Below are positions 36,548 to 45,668 of a stretch of DNA of 64,000 nucleotides, in pieces. Under the pieces are notes generated by a model. It was not told where the DNA came from, searched no databases, and saw only the letters and a list, made by a program, of their open reading frames with translations. The DNA comes from Gammaproteobacteria bacterium (GTDB lineage: Bacteria > Pseudomonadota > Gammaproteobacteria > SZUA-152): positions 67,090 through 131,089 of the forward strand of contig JAOUJW010000003.1 in assembly GCA_029882975.1 (NCBI GenBank). The letters run 5' to 3'. How positions within the stretch are numbered: position 1 is the first letter of the stretch; each line of letters opens with the position of its first letter. The translations under genes were made by a program, and so were the position numbers.

Positions 36548-37837
36548 ATGGTGGACGCGGTTGCAACCAACCAGACCATAGTGGTTGTCGGTGGTGGTAT
36601 TGCGGGTCTTACTGCAGCGCTCGAGGCCGCTGAGTGTGGTAAAGACGTTATTCTGATCGAAAAAAGCCCTGCGGTGGGCGGGCGTATTTCGCGCTTATAC
36701 AAGTATTTCCCGAAACTGTGTGTTCCCTCTTGCGGCCTGGAAATCAACCTGCGCCGACTCAAAGCCAATAAAAACATCCGGCTGATTACTCTTGCGGAAG
36801 TGAGTCAAGTCAGCGGCGAAGCCGGTAACTACAGCTTGTCCGTGAGTGTCAAACCTCGCTTTGTGACGGAAAATTGCACCGCTTGCGGAGATTGTGCCAC
36901 GGCATTGGAAACCAACGATTACAGCGACGAACACAATTACGGTATGAGTAAGCGCAAAGGCGCTTATTTACCGCACAATATGGCCTACCCGCAACGCTAC
37001 GTCATCGATCCGGCTATGATCGGCAGCGACGATGCCAATAAAGCCAAAGCGGCTTGTCAATACAATGCGATTGATTTGGATATGCAAGAGCAGACGTTGG
37101 AGCTAAAAGCGGGAGCCATTATTTGGGCCACCGGTTGGAAGCCTTACGATGCAGCTAAAATTCAGCCCTACGGCTACGATCGCTACGAGAACGTCATTAC
37201 CAGTGTGGAGTTCGAACGCATGATGGACCCTTACGGTCCCACCGGTGGCAAACTGGTTCGGCCTTCCGACGGTAAAGAAGCCAAGAACGTCGCTTTTATT
37301 CAGTGTGCCGGTTCCCGAGATGAAAATCATCTGCGCCACTGTTCCCGTATATGCTGTATGGCCAGCCTGAAGCAAACCACTTATGTGCGGGAGCAATACG
37401 GTGACGAAGGTAAGTCCAGTGTGTATTACATTGATATTCGTGCCATCGATCGCATTGATGATTTCTATCAAAACGTTCAGGCCGATGAAAACGTCACCTT
37501 TGTTAAGTCTAAAGTGGCCAGCATTACCCTGGACAAAGCCAGCGGTGACCCCGTGCTTAATGGTGTGAATACGGAAGGTTATCATCGTTACAGCAACGCG
37601 CATGATTTGGTTGTGCTGGCGGTGGGTATGGAGCCCAGCGTGCCCAAAGAGGCATTTCCTGTTGAGGTGAAACTTAACGAAAACGGGTTTATCGAACAGG
37701 ACGACAGCAACGGGGCTATTTTTGCCGCCGGTTGCGCGTCCGACGCCCTGGATGTGAATCGAGCGGTACAAAACGCCACTGCCAGTGCACTGCGTGCAAT
37801 TCAAGTGGTTAATCGCGTCGCCGGAATGGAGGGATAA
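36548..37837 (+). CDS. HdrA-like FAD-dependent oxidoreductase (QmoA-like)
   Basis: GGAGGG RBS. FAD Rossmann motif (IVVVGGGIAGLTAALEAAE). Internal Cys cluster (CTACGDCA). About 430 aa. Confidence 0.7.
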   Translation: MVDAVATNQTIVVVGGGIAGLTAALEAAECGKDVILIEKSPAVGGRISRLYKYFPKLCVPSCGLEINLRRLKANKNIRLITLAEVSQVSGEAGNYSLSVSVKPRFVTENCTACGDCATALETNDYSDEHNYGMSKRKGAYLPHNMAYPQRYVIDPAMIGSDDANKAKAACQYNAIDLDMQEQTLELKAGAIIWATGWKPYDAAKIQPYGYDRYENVITSVEFERMMDPYGPTGGKLVRPSDGKEAKNVAFIQCAGSRDENHLRHCSRICCMASLKQTTYVREQYGDEGKSSVYYIDIRAIDRIDDFYQNVQADENVTFVKSKVASITLDKASGDPVLNGVNTEGYHRYSNAHDLVVLAVGMEPSVPKEAFPVEVKLNENGFIEQDDSNGAIFAAGCASDALDVNRAVQNATASALRAIQVVNRVAGMEG

Positions 37838-37841
37838 GAAA

Positions 37842-40070
37842 GTGGCAGATGAAATAAAAATCGGCGCCTATATTTGTAAGGGTTGTGGTTTGGGCGAGCG
37901 TCTTGGGGAGGCGCAATTACCCATGATTGCCGAGCGCGAAGCCAAGGCCCATGTTGTTAAAGAACATGACTTCCTGTGTAACGCTGAAGGCGTTGCCATG
38001 ATACAGGCGGATATTGATAATGAGGGTGTGAACCGTGTGGCCATTTGCGCTTGTTCCCGCCGTGCCAAGACGGAAGCTTTTAATTTTGAAAACGTGGCCA
38101 TCACCCGCGCCAATTTGCGCGAGGGTGTGATCTGGGCACGACCGGATACGGATGAAGCCCGGGAAACCACCCATGAAATGGCTGCGGATTACGTGCGCAT
38201 GGCAGTGGCTGAGGCTCGTTTCCAAAAACCGCCGGCAGCCAATGCCGAAGCCGCCTACAATAATCAGATACTAGTCGTTGGTGGTGGTGTCAGTGGTATG
38301 ACATCTGCCATAGAAGCGGCTAAAGCCGGTTATTCCGTCACGATCGTGGAGAAAGGCGCGCAGCTGGGTGGTCATACAGCAGGATTTTATAAGCGTATTC
38401 CCGATAAAGCCCCGTACAAGGATCCCGTGCCCACCGGCGTGGAGGAAATGATTCTGGCAGTGGGCGCTGACAATAAGATCACTGTCCATTTGAATTCCAC
38501 GGTGACTAAAACCGACGGTTCTCCCGGACGTTTTTCTGTGGATATCAGTACAGAAAGCGGTTCCACTTCCACTGAAACCTTCGGTTCTATTATTCAGGCA
38601 TCCGGCTTTACGCCTTACGATGCCAACAAGCTGCCGGAATTGGCTTATGACAAGTCCAAGGATGTCGTCACTCAATCGGAGTTGGAAGCTTTGGCCAAAG
38701 CAGCCAATGGCGGCCCCATTAAGCGGCCTTCCGATGGTAAGGAAGTCAGCAGTGTTATCTTTGTACAATGCGCCGGCCAGCGTAGCAATGAGGAAGGTCA
38801 TTTACCCTATTGTTCCGGACATTGCTGCCTCACTTCCATCAAGCAAGCTATGTATTTCAAAGATGCCAATCCGAGCATTGATGCTAATGTGATCTACACG
38901 GATTTACGCACTCCGGGTGCGGGCGGCGAGGACTTCTATCGCAGTGGCCAGGAAAAAGGTGTTACCTTTACCAAAGGTAAAGTGAGTTCGGTACTTATCG
39001 GTGACCAGCTTACCGTAAAGTTTCAGGATTTGATCCTGGCTCAGGAGTCAGCGGAACAAGCGGACCTGGTGGTCTTGGCAACCGGTATGGTGGCCAACTC
39101 AGGTGTGGATATCGATGCACTGCCTAAACCCGACAAAGAGGATGGGACGGTTGAAGTGAGCATTCCTGTCGAGTCCATCCTTAACCTAACCTACCGTCAG
39201 GGGCCGGATTTACCGCATTTAAAGCACGGTTTCAATGATTCTCATTTCATCTGTTTTCCCTATGAGACTCGCCGTACGGGTATCTATACTACCGGCCCGG
39301 TACGTCGTCCGATGGATATTTTACAGGCCAAAGAAGATGCGACCGGTGCGGCGTTAAAAGCGATACAGGCTATAGAAAACTCCGGTAAAGGTCGTGCAGC
39401 TCATCCTCGCTCGGGCGATTTGTCTTTCCCGTCATTTCGTCGGGAAGGTTGCACTCAGTGTAAACGTTGTACGGTAGAGTGCCCCTTCGGTGCTATCGAC
39501 GAAGACGAGCAACGCTATCCGGTGTTTAATGAGTCACGTTGTCGCCGTTGCGGAACCTGTATGGGTGCTTGTCCGGTGCGGGTTATCTCATTTGAAAATT
39601 ATTCCGTGGAAACGGTTGGGCAACAGCTCAAGAGTGTGGATATTCCCGAAGAATTTGATGAAAAACCACGCATTCTGGTCTTGGCTTGTGAGAATGACGC
39701 TTACCCCGCCCTGGATATGGCCGGCATGAACCGTCACGAATACAGTGCGTTTGCACGAATCATTCCGGTACGCTGTTTGGGTTCCACCAATCTGGTTTGG
39801 ATCACAGACGCCATGAACAGCGGTTATGACGGTGTGATCTTGATGGGTTGCCAAAAAGGTGAGAACTATCAGTGTCACTTCGTTAAAGGATCGGAAATGG
39901 CGCATTACCGCATGAGTAAGGTAGATGATACGCTGAAGAGCTTATCTTTGGAGGGGGAGCGAGTGGCCACTTACGAAGTAGCGATTACCGATAGTGAGCG
40001 GGTGGCCCAGTTGATCAACGATATGGCAGCGACCATTGAAAAAATCGGCATGAGCCCGTTTAAGTTCTAG
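37842..40070 (+). CDS. HdrA-like flavoprotein with ferredoxin domains and C-terminal MvhD-like domain (QmoB-like)
   Basis: GTG start at 37842 lies 4 nt after the upstream stop, with a GGAGGG RBS. Second FAD motif (ILVVGGGVSGMTSAIEAAKAG). 2x[4Fe-4S] motifs (CTQCKRCTVECP, CRRCGTCMGACP). The C-terminus (ILVLACENDAYPALDMAG..RIIPVRCLGSTN) matches the MvhD fold. Confidence 0.7.
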   Translation: MADEIKIGAYICKGCGLGERLGEAQLPMIAEREAKAHVVKEHDFLCNAEGVAMIQADIDNEGVNRVAICACSRRAKTEAFNFENVAITRANLREGVIWARPDTDEARETTHEMAADYVRMAVAEARFQKPPAANAEAAYNNQILVVGGGVSGMTSAIEAAKAGYSVTIVEKGAQLGGHTAGFYKRIPDKAPYKDPVPTGVEEMILAVGADNKITVHLNSTVTKTDGSPGRFSVDISTESGSTSTETFGSIIQASGFTPYDANKLPELAYDKSKDVVTQSELEALAKAANGGPIKRPSDGKEVSSVIFVQCAGQRSNEEGHLPYCSGHCCLTSIKQAMYFKDANPSIDANVIYTDLRTPGAGGEDFYRSGQEKGVTFTKGKVSSVLIGDQLTVKFQDLILAQESAEQADLVVLATGMVANSGVDIDALPKPDKEDGTVEVSIPVESILNLTYRQGPDLPHLKHGFNDSHFICFPYETRRTGIYTTGPVRRPMDILQAKEDATGAALKAIQAIENSGKGRAAHPRSGDLSFPSFRREGCTQCKRCTVECPFGAIDEDEQRYPVFNESRCRRCGTCMGACPVRVISFENYSVETVGQQLKSVDIPEEFDEKPRILVLACENDAYPALDMAGMNRHEYSAFARIIPVRCLGSTNLVWITDAMNSGYDGVILMGCQKGENYQCHFVKGSEMAHYRMSKVDDTLKSLSLEGERVATYEVAITDSERVAQLINDMAATIEKIGMSPFKF

Positions 40071-40088
40071 GCGGAGGGGACAAGAACA

Positions 40089-40709
40089 ATGACTGCATCG
40101 AATACTGACGTCATCGAAGCGTACAGAAACAATTTTCTTAAAGAAGTGGAAGCCAATGTAGAGGAAGGCCAGTGGGTGAAAATGTGCATGCAATGTGGCG
40201 TGTGCTCCGGCTCCTGTCCTCTTGGCTCCCATTGGGCGCATCCGCCGCAGGAAATCTTTATGATGATCCGAGCCGGTAAGCGCGAAGAGGTATTAACTTC
40301 CGACTCCATGTGGATGTGTACCTCGTGTTACAACTGCATCGTGCGTTGTCCGCGGGGCCTGCCGATTACTCATATCATGCACGGCCTGGCGCACTATGCT
40401 CATCGTTTGGGTTTGGCGCCGAAGGAACAACCCACGCGTAAATTCGCCAAATTGTTCTGGGACAATCTCACCAAGACCGGACGGGTTAATGAGTTGCAAT
40501 TGGGTTTGAGGCTGTATTTCATGAACGGCCCAATGGAAGGGATCAAGACGGCGTTGAAAATGAAAAACATCGGCTTGAATATGTGGAAAACCAAACGCAT
40601 GAATCCCATGGAGTTTTTCGGTGGCCATAAATGCAAAGACGCCGACAAACTACAGGCAATTTTGAAAAAAGCCCGTGAAATTGAACTGGCTAAAGCCAAA
40701 CAAGTTTGA
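40089..40709 (+). CDS. Heterodisulfide reductase subunit C-like (2x[4Fe-4S])
   Basis: Two Cys clusters: CMQCGVCSGSCP and CTSCYNCIVRCP. Confidence 0.7.
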   Translation: MTASNTDVIEAYRNNFLKEVEANVEEGQWVKMCMQCGVCSGSCPLGSHWAHPPQEIFMMIRAGKREEVLTSDSMWMCTSCYNCIVRCPRGLPITHIMHGLAHYAHRLGLAPKEQPTRKFAKLFWDNLTKTGRVNELQLGLRLYFMNGPMEGIKTALKMKNIGLNMWKTKRMNPMEFFGGHKCKDADKLQAILKKAREIELAKAKQV

Positions 40710-41620
40710 GGAGAGATAGACTAATGGCTAAAAAGGAATACTCGTTTTATCCCGGTTGCTCTTCTCAGAAGGGTGCTTCATCGTCCAATTACGATACATC
40801 CATAAAGACGATGTGTGATGTCCTGGATATTCAGTTAAACGAAATTCAGGATTGGAACTGTTGTTCTGCTTCCATCGGTTACGGTGAGGGTGGGGAATTA
40901 CCCCGCCTGGCTTTGAGCGCACGTAATTTGGCTCTGTCCGAGCAACAAAATGCCGGGCAAGACATCGTCGCGACCTGCGCCGCCTGCTGGCTGGCCACGC
41001 GTGAAACCCGCGAACGCCTGTTGGAAGATGAACATTTGATGAAAGAAACCAACGAAGCCCTGGCTGCCGGCGGTTTGAATGTGGCCGCTTCTCAGAACGT
41101 TCGTCACATGGTAGAGGTTCTAATTGAAGACTTCGGCTATGAACAACTGGGTTCCAAAGTGACCAACCCTCTGGAAGGCTTGAAAATAGCCGGTTATGTT
41201 GGGTGCCAGACTAATCGTCCTTTTGGGATTGATGGCGAGTCTTACGAAAACCCCATGTATCTGGACAAGCTGGTTGAAACTATGGGGGCCGAGCCTTTAA
41301 GCAAGTATGAAAAAAAGGTTCAGTGTTGCGGCGGTGCTTTGGCATTTTCCGAACCGGAAAAAAGCCAGGCCATGATTAAGGATATTATCGAATCTGCCTA
41401 CGATCATGGGGCCGACATGATCGTAACGCCCTGTCCCGTTTGTCAAATGAATACGGAAGTTTATCAAGACCAAATCAACAAAACGTATGGCACGAAGTTT
41501 AAAATGCCTGTCGTGTATTACAGCACCCTAATGAGTGTTGCCTATGGTAAGAGTCACAAGGAAGCCGCTTTGGATGGTCAAATCATCAAAGCCACGAAAT
41601 TGGAACAAAAAGTTAAATAG
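40706..41620 (+). CDS. Heterodisulfide reductase subunit B-like (two CCG domains)
   Basis: CCG-domain cysteines in two copies: YPGC..NCCSAS..CAAC and YVGCQ..QCCGG..PCPVC. Its start overlaps the HdrC-like stop by 4 nt. Confidence 0.75.
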   Translation: MRRDRLMAKKEYSFYPGCSSQKGASSSNYDTSIKTMCDVLDIQLNEIQDWNCCSASIGYGEGGELPRLALSARNLALSEQQNAGQDIVATCAACWLATRETRERLLEDEHLMKETNEALAAGGLNVAASQNVRHMVEVLIEDFGYEQLGSKVTNPLEGLKIAGYVGCQTNRPFGIDGESYENPMYLDKLVETMGAEPLSKYEKKVQCCGGALAFSEPEKSQAMIKDIIESAYDHGADMIVTPCPVCQMNTEVYQDQINKTYGTKFKMPVVYYSTLMSVAYGKSHKEAALDGQIIKATKLEQKVK

Positions 41621-41643
41621 CGGGACTTTACCGGAAAAAAACA

Positions 41644-41673
41644 AGAGCGCTCCTTCGGAGCGCTTTTTTTTTG
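41644..41673 (+). terminator. Rho-independent terminator ending the qmoAB-hdrCB-like operon
   Basis: Hairpin gagcgctcc-ttcg-gagcgct followed by ttttttttt. Confidence 0.75.
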
Positions 41674-41816
41674 CTTCTAATTTCAATATCAATATATTGA
41701 TATACTATTTTCAAAAAAAGCCCGGTATTTTACTGACTGAAAATGTAAAGTATTTGTTAAGTTGATTGTTTTGCGGACGATATGCGATGGAGAAGCGGTG
41801 AAAATGGTAACTGAGA

Positions 41817-42977
41817 ATGAAAAAAATGCCGTATTTAACCCAAGCAGATACTCGTATTTTTAAGACAGAACCCCGGTTTCAGGCACTTTTTGTGGTGACT
41901 TCCTTGATTGGGGTGTTTTTGATTTCTATAGCCGTTTTTCGGGCGTCGCAGGAATTGGAGATTCTACACGGGGTTGAAACGACCAGTCGTTTATTCAGTG
42001 AAGTGTTAGGGCAAGAGAAAATTGCCCGTACCATCCAGGGGGAAGCGGTGCCGCTTTTCCCGGCTTCCGATCGCTATCAGGTGTATCGTGTCATCGGGAA
42101 TCGGATATTGCCTCTGGGCAGAGCTCGGAGTCTACCTGAATATTTACCCAATACTTTGACTGGATTGGAATACAGTCGCTTTAGCCCCGACGGTGGGTAT
42201 TTTGAGTGGGAAGGCCAGGTCTATAGTTGGGCCTTGGTGAGAGGCGCTACCAACGGAAATTATTTGTTGGTTTTACATCCGTTTGTCAGTGCCGGTTATG
42301 CCGCGACGCTGTATGCCTATAAACAGCGATTAGTGGTGCCGTTCTTGTTCTACCTTTGGTTGATGGCTTGGGTGACAGTTATATTTCGGCGCATTTGCCG
42401 GGAATTGCGTGGCGTACAGGACGAGATGCAACAAATGGCCTTATATGATGCCTTAACCGGGTTGCCAAACCGCCGTTTGATGACTGATCGCATGGAGAAA
42501 ATGATTCAGCAATGTGAGCGTGAGGGGAGTACCTTTGCCTGCGCCTTGATCGATTTAAATGGATTCAAAGCGGTAAATGACCGTTTGGGACATGCCAGTG
42601 GTGATGAGGTGTTGCGTCAGGTGAGCCAACGATTACGATCTTTGGTGCGAGAGATGGATACGGTGGCGCGACTGGGTGGCGATGAGTTTATCGTGTTATT
42701 GCAGGGTATTGATGAAGCATCACTGCATACTGCGTTTGCTCGTGTACAGACGGTTTTGGACAAGCCTTATCAGTTGGATCTGTCTACTCAAACCTTGGGC
42801 GCCAGCATAGGTGTTTGCATATATTCCCGGCAACATAGTACCGTGCAGAGTCTCATCCATCATGCGGATCTGGCAATGTATGAGGCCAAGCAAAATGGTG
42901 GCGGAACCTATTTTTCGAAATCCAGTCAAATGGATGTAGTCACATCCGGTACCCGGAAATGTAATGCGGTGATATGA
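41817..42977 (+). CDS. GGDEF diguanylate cyclase with periplasmic sensor region
   Basis: Transmembrane segment, periplasmic domain, second transmembrane segment, then a GGDEF domain with canonical RLGGDEFIVLL. Confidence 0.75.
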   Translation: MKKMPYLTQADTRIFKTEPRFQALFVVTSLIGVFLISIAVFRASQELEILHGVETTSRLFSEVLGQEKIARTIQGEAVPLFPASDRYQVYRVIGNRILPLGRARSLPEYLPNTLTGLEYSRFSPDGGYFEWEGQVYSWALVRGATNGNYLLVLHPFVSAGYAATLYAYKQRLVVPFLFYLWLMAWVTVIFRRICRELRGVQDEMQQMALYDALTGLPNRRLMTDRMEKMIQQCEREGSTFACALIDLNGFKAVNDRLGHASGDEVLRQVSQRLRSLVREMDTVARLGGDEFIVLLQGIDEASLHTAFARVQTVLDKPYQLDLSTQTLGASIGVCIYSRQHSTVQSLIHHADLAMYEAKQNGGGTYFSKSSQMDVVTSGTRKCNAVI

Positions 42978-43016
42978 GCGCGCTGACGGTTTCCCACCAG
43001 CAAAGAGAGCAGTGAG

Positions 43017-43241
43017 ATGATTAAATTTCGTCGTAACATGAACAGTTTGGATCGACTATTTAGAGCTACCGTTGGGGCTACACTGTTAGCCATAGGCCCG
43101 GTATTTCAACTGCTGACCAACGATATGCTGTCCCTGGCTATTCTTGGTGTCATAGGTAGTGTAGCAGTGCTGTCAGCCGTGTTTTCCTACTGCTTTCTTT
43201 ACGAAGTCACTGGATTCAGCACTCGCAGTGAAAACTTATAG
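43017..43241 (+). CDS. DUF2892 (YgaP-like) small membrane protein
   Basis: The sequence NMNSLDRLFRATVGATLLAIG..YCFLYEVTGFST fits the DUF2892 pattern. Confidence 0.55.
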   Translation: MIKFRRNMNSLDRLFRATVGATLLAIGPVFQLLTNDMLSLAILGVIGSVAVLSAVFSYCFLYEVTGFSTRSENL

Positions 43242-43259
43242 GTGCTTCTGAGCTTTGTT

Positions 43260-43553
43260 TTAAGGATCAACTTCTTCACCGTAGATAACAAAGTCAACCA
43301 AGCCCGGCTCAGTGGGAAGCCAGCCCTGTTTCAGGGCAAATATTATAGTTTTCGTCAGTAAACTGTCGGAGATTTCGATCTCGGGCGGTTCGCTGTTGGA
43401 AGTCTGGTAATTATAACCGATTCTTAGTACCTGCCCTTCGCTGGATTTGTGTTGTATGTAAATGTCCAGGACCCAGTCAGTCCGATTCACTCGCCAAGTA
43501 TAAACAATACCGTTCTGAGTTAACTCGTTGATTTGTAATTCGGAAGCCGTCAT
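43260..43553 (-). CDS. Hypothetical protein
   Basis: ORF of 97 aa with no recognisable motif. Confidence 0.35.
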   Translation of the reverse strand: MTASELQINELTQNGIVYTWRVNRTDWVLDIYIQHKSSEGQVLRIGYNYQTSNSEPPEIEISDSLLTKTIIFALKQGWLPTEPGLVDFVIYGEEVDP

Positions 43554-43715
43554 GGGACTAGGTTATTGGGCTTTTGAGTCAGGGTCAAGCGGCGGGAAAA
43601 TCACATGTGCAGGTAATTTAACATTTGTCACATTAAGTGCTTTATTCTGTTACCGATAGTGAATTGCGGTAGGGTTTGCATTCAAACCTTAGTGGAGATG
43701 GGCCAAGGATACCTA

Positions 43716-45638
43716 ATGTTGATAAAAACCAAACTATGGACCAGTCTGGGCTTGTTGGTATTTTTTGTATTGGCCAGCGGTGGCGCTGGAATTATTGGGG
43801 TTTCCAAGGTGGTTTCTGTTATGGAATACGTGACCGGACCGGCTTGGAAAACCGCGGATGGAGCTATGGAAGGGAGTATTCATACCGGTTTGGAAATAGT
43901 CGCTGTAAATAACGCACTTTTGCAAATGCGCAATTTGAATGTAAATGATGTAGACGCGGTTTTAAACCTTGATGTGCATAAAAACAGCGCGGATAAAGCG
44001 TTTGATCGCTTGATGTCCGCAGGATTGATGAACTCCAACCAAATACTTCGCCTTAAGCAACATATGGATATTTTCAACCAATCACAACGCGAAGTGATTC
44101 AGTTGTTGCGAGAGTTTGTGACAGCTGATCGGAAATTGTACGTGGATTTTACCGCATTTAACGGATTTTTGACTCAATTGGAAGAATTGGGAGATTCCTA
44201 CGTTGAAGTTTTGGAAAATAATCCGAATCAACGTCTCAGTTGGAACTCCGGTTTGTCCCAGCGGTGGATTGCTGCGGATTCCGCCATGGAATCACAGATT
44301 AATTTTTTAGCTATCTATTTTGCCTATGAAACTTTGTTGCGGACTTCAGGAACGGAGTTGAGCTCCAGTGAGGTCGATAAACGTATCACCCAGTATCGCA
44401 AAACCGCAAAGTTGGTAAGTGTGGCCAAACTGTTTGTTCAGGAAAAGCACCGTTCCGGAAAGACCCTGGCGCAGGAGTTTTCACAGCGCTCGGATGCGGT
44501 AGTGGGGGGCTTTCAAACTGCGGTTTCCACGTACATACGTTTGCAGCGCAGGTACGCAGGCTATTTACACACGACCCGGGAGCTCATCGACTTCTTAGCT
44601 AAAGTGGAGTCCGATGCCGATGCTAAGGTGGAAAATGTTGTTGCTGAAACAGGATACGTGACCCGTGCGGCTTTCTCCCTCATTGTTGTTGTGGTTCTGG
44701 TCAGTGTGGCGGTGGCTCTACTGATTGCCACCGTTGTCGTTCGCATTGTCAATTCGCTGGAACATATGAAACAAACCGCCTTACGCATTGCGAGCGGGAG
44801 CCTGCAGGAGTCGGGACACGGTGATCACAGCGCCGATGAAACCGGACAAAGTCTTGCAGCCATGATGCAGTTGAACGATCGCATGGCCGATGTTATTGGC
44901 AATATTCTGGACTCTATCAGTGAGGTGAATCAGGCGGCGATTCATGTGAACACGTCTTCCAAACAATTGAATCACTCGGCCTTAAAGCAGGCGCATTCCC
45001 TGGAGGAAATAAGTACCTCCTTAAAGTTGATTTCTGAGTCTGTGGGAATCAATTCTGACAATGCAACAAGAACCCAAAGCATTGCTGCGGCAGTTTCAGA
45101 GAAAACACAAAAAGGCGGGAGGGCAGTGCAGGATACCGTGGATGCAATGCAAAGCATTGCGGAAAGGGTGTCGTTGATCGAAGATATTGCCTACAAAACC
45201 AATTTGCTCGCACTCAATGCCGCCATTGAATCCGCCAGAGCGGGTGATCATGGTCGAGGTTTTTCTGTAGTCGCAGAAGAGGTGCGCAAACTGGCCGAAC
45301 GCAGTCAACAGTCGGCTCATGAAATTGGTGAATTGGCGCAAAATAGTGTTGCAGTCGCCGAGGTGGCCGGTGGTTTGATTCGGGAGGTAGTCCCAGGGAT
45401 TGTGGAAACAGCGGAATTGGTGAGTCAAATTTCGAGCGCTTCGCAGGAGCAGGCCCGGGATGTGACCGCTGTCAGTCATTCTATCCACCAGTTAGACAGA
45501 GCGGCAAAAATGGGGGCTGTCTCTTCCGAGGAATTAGAGGTTACTGCGAGGCAAATGTTAGCTCAGGTTCAACGGGTTCGTCAGGCATTGGCTTTCTTTT
45601 CTGTAGGGAAGGTTGGAAAGAATGCCGGTAGTGTCTAA
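43716..45638 (+). CDS. Methyl-accepting chemotaxis protein
   Basis: The ATG at 43716 is preceded by AAGGA. Transmembrane segment, periplasmic 4-helix-like domain, second transmembrane segment, then the MCP signalling domain ([35 protein letters not shown]). Confidence 0.8.
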   Translation: MLIKTKLWTSLGLLVFFVLASGGAGIIGVSKVVSVMEYVTGPAWKTADGAMEGSIHTGLEIVAVNNALLQMRNLNVNDVDAVLNLDVHKNSADKAFDRLMSAGLMNSNQILRLKQHMDIFNQSQREVIQLLREFVTADRKLYVDFTAFNGFLTQLEELGDSYVEVLENNPNQRLSWNSGLSQRWIAADSAMESQINFLAIYFAYETLLRTSGTELSSSEVDKRITQYRKTAKLVSVAKLFVQEKHRSGKTLAQEFSQRSDAVVGGFQTAVSTYIRLQRRYAGYLHTTRELIDFLAKVESDADAKVENVVAETGYVTRAAFSLIVVVVLVSVAVALLIATVVVRIVNSLEHMKQTALRIASGSLQESGHGDHSADETGQSLAAMMQLNDRMADVIGNILDSISEVNQAAIHVNTSSKQLNHSALKQAHSLEEISTSLKLISESVGINSDNATRTQSIAAAVSEKTQKGGRAVQDTVDAMQSIAERVSLIEDIAYKTNLLALNAAIESARAGDHGRGFSVVAEEVRKLAERSQQSAHEIGELAQNSVAVAEVAGGLIREVVPGIVETAELVSQISSASQEQARDVTAVSHSIHQLDRAAKMGAVSSEELEVTARQMLAQVQRVRQALAFFSVGKVGKNAGSV

Positions 45639-45668
45639 TGTGGTCGTTGTATATGCGAGGTTGCCGGA

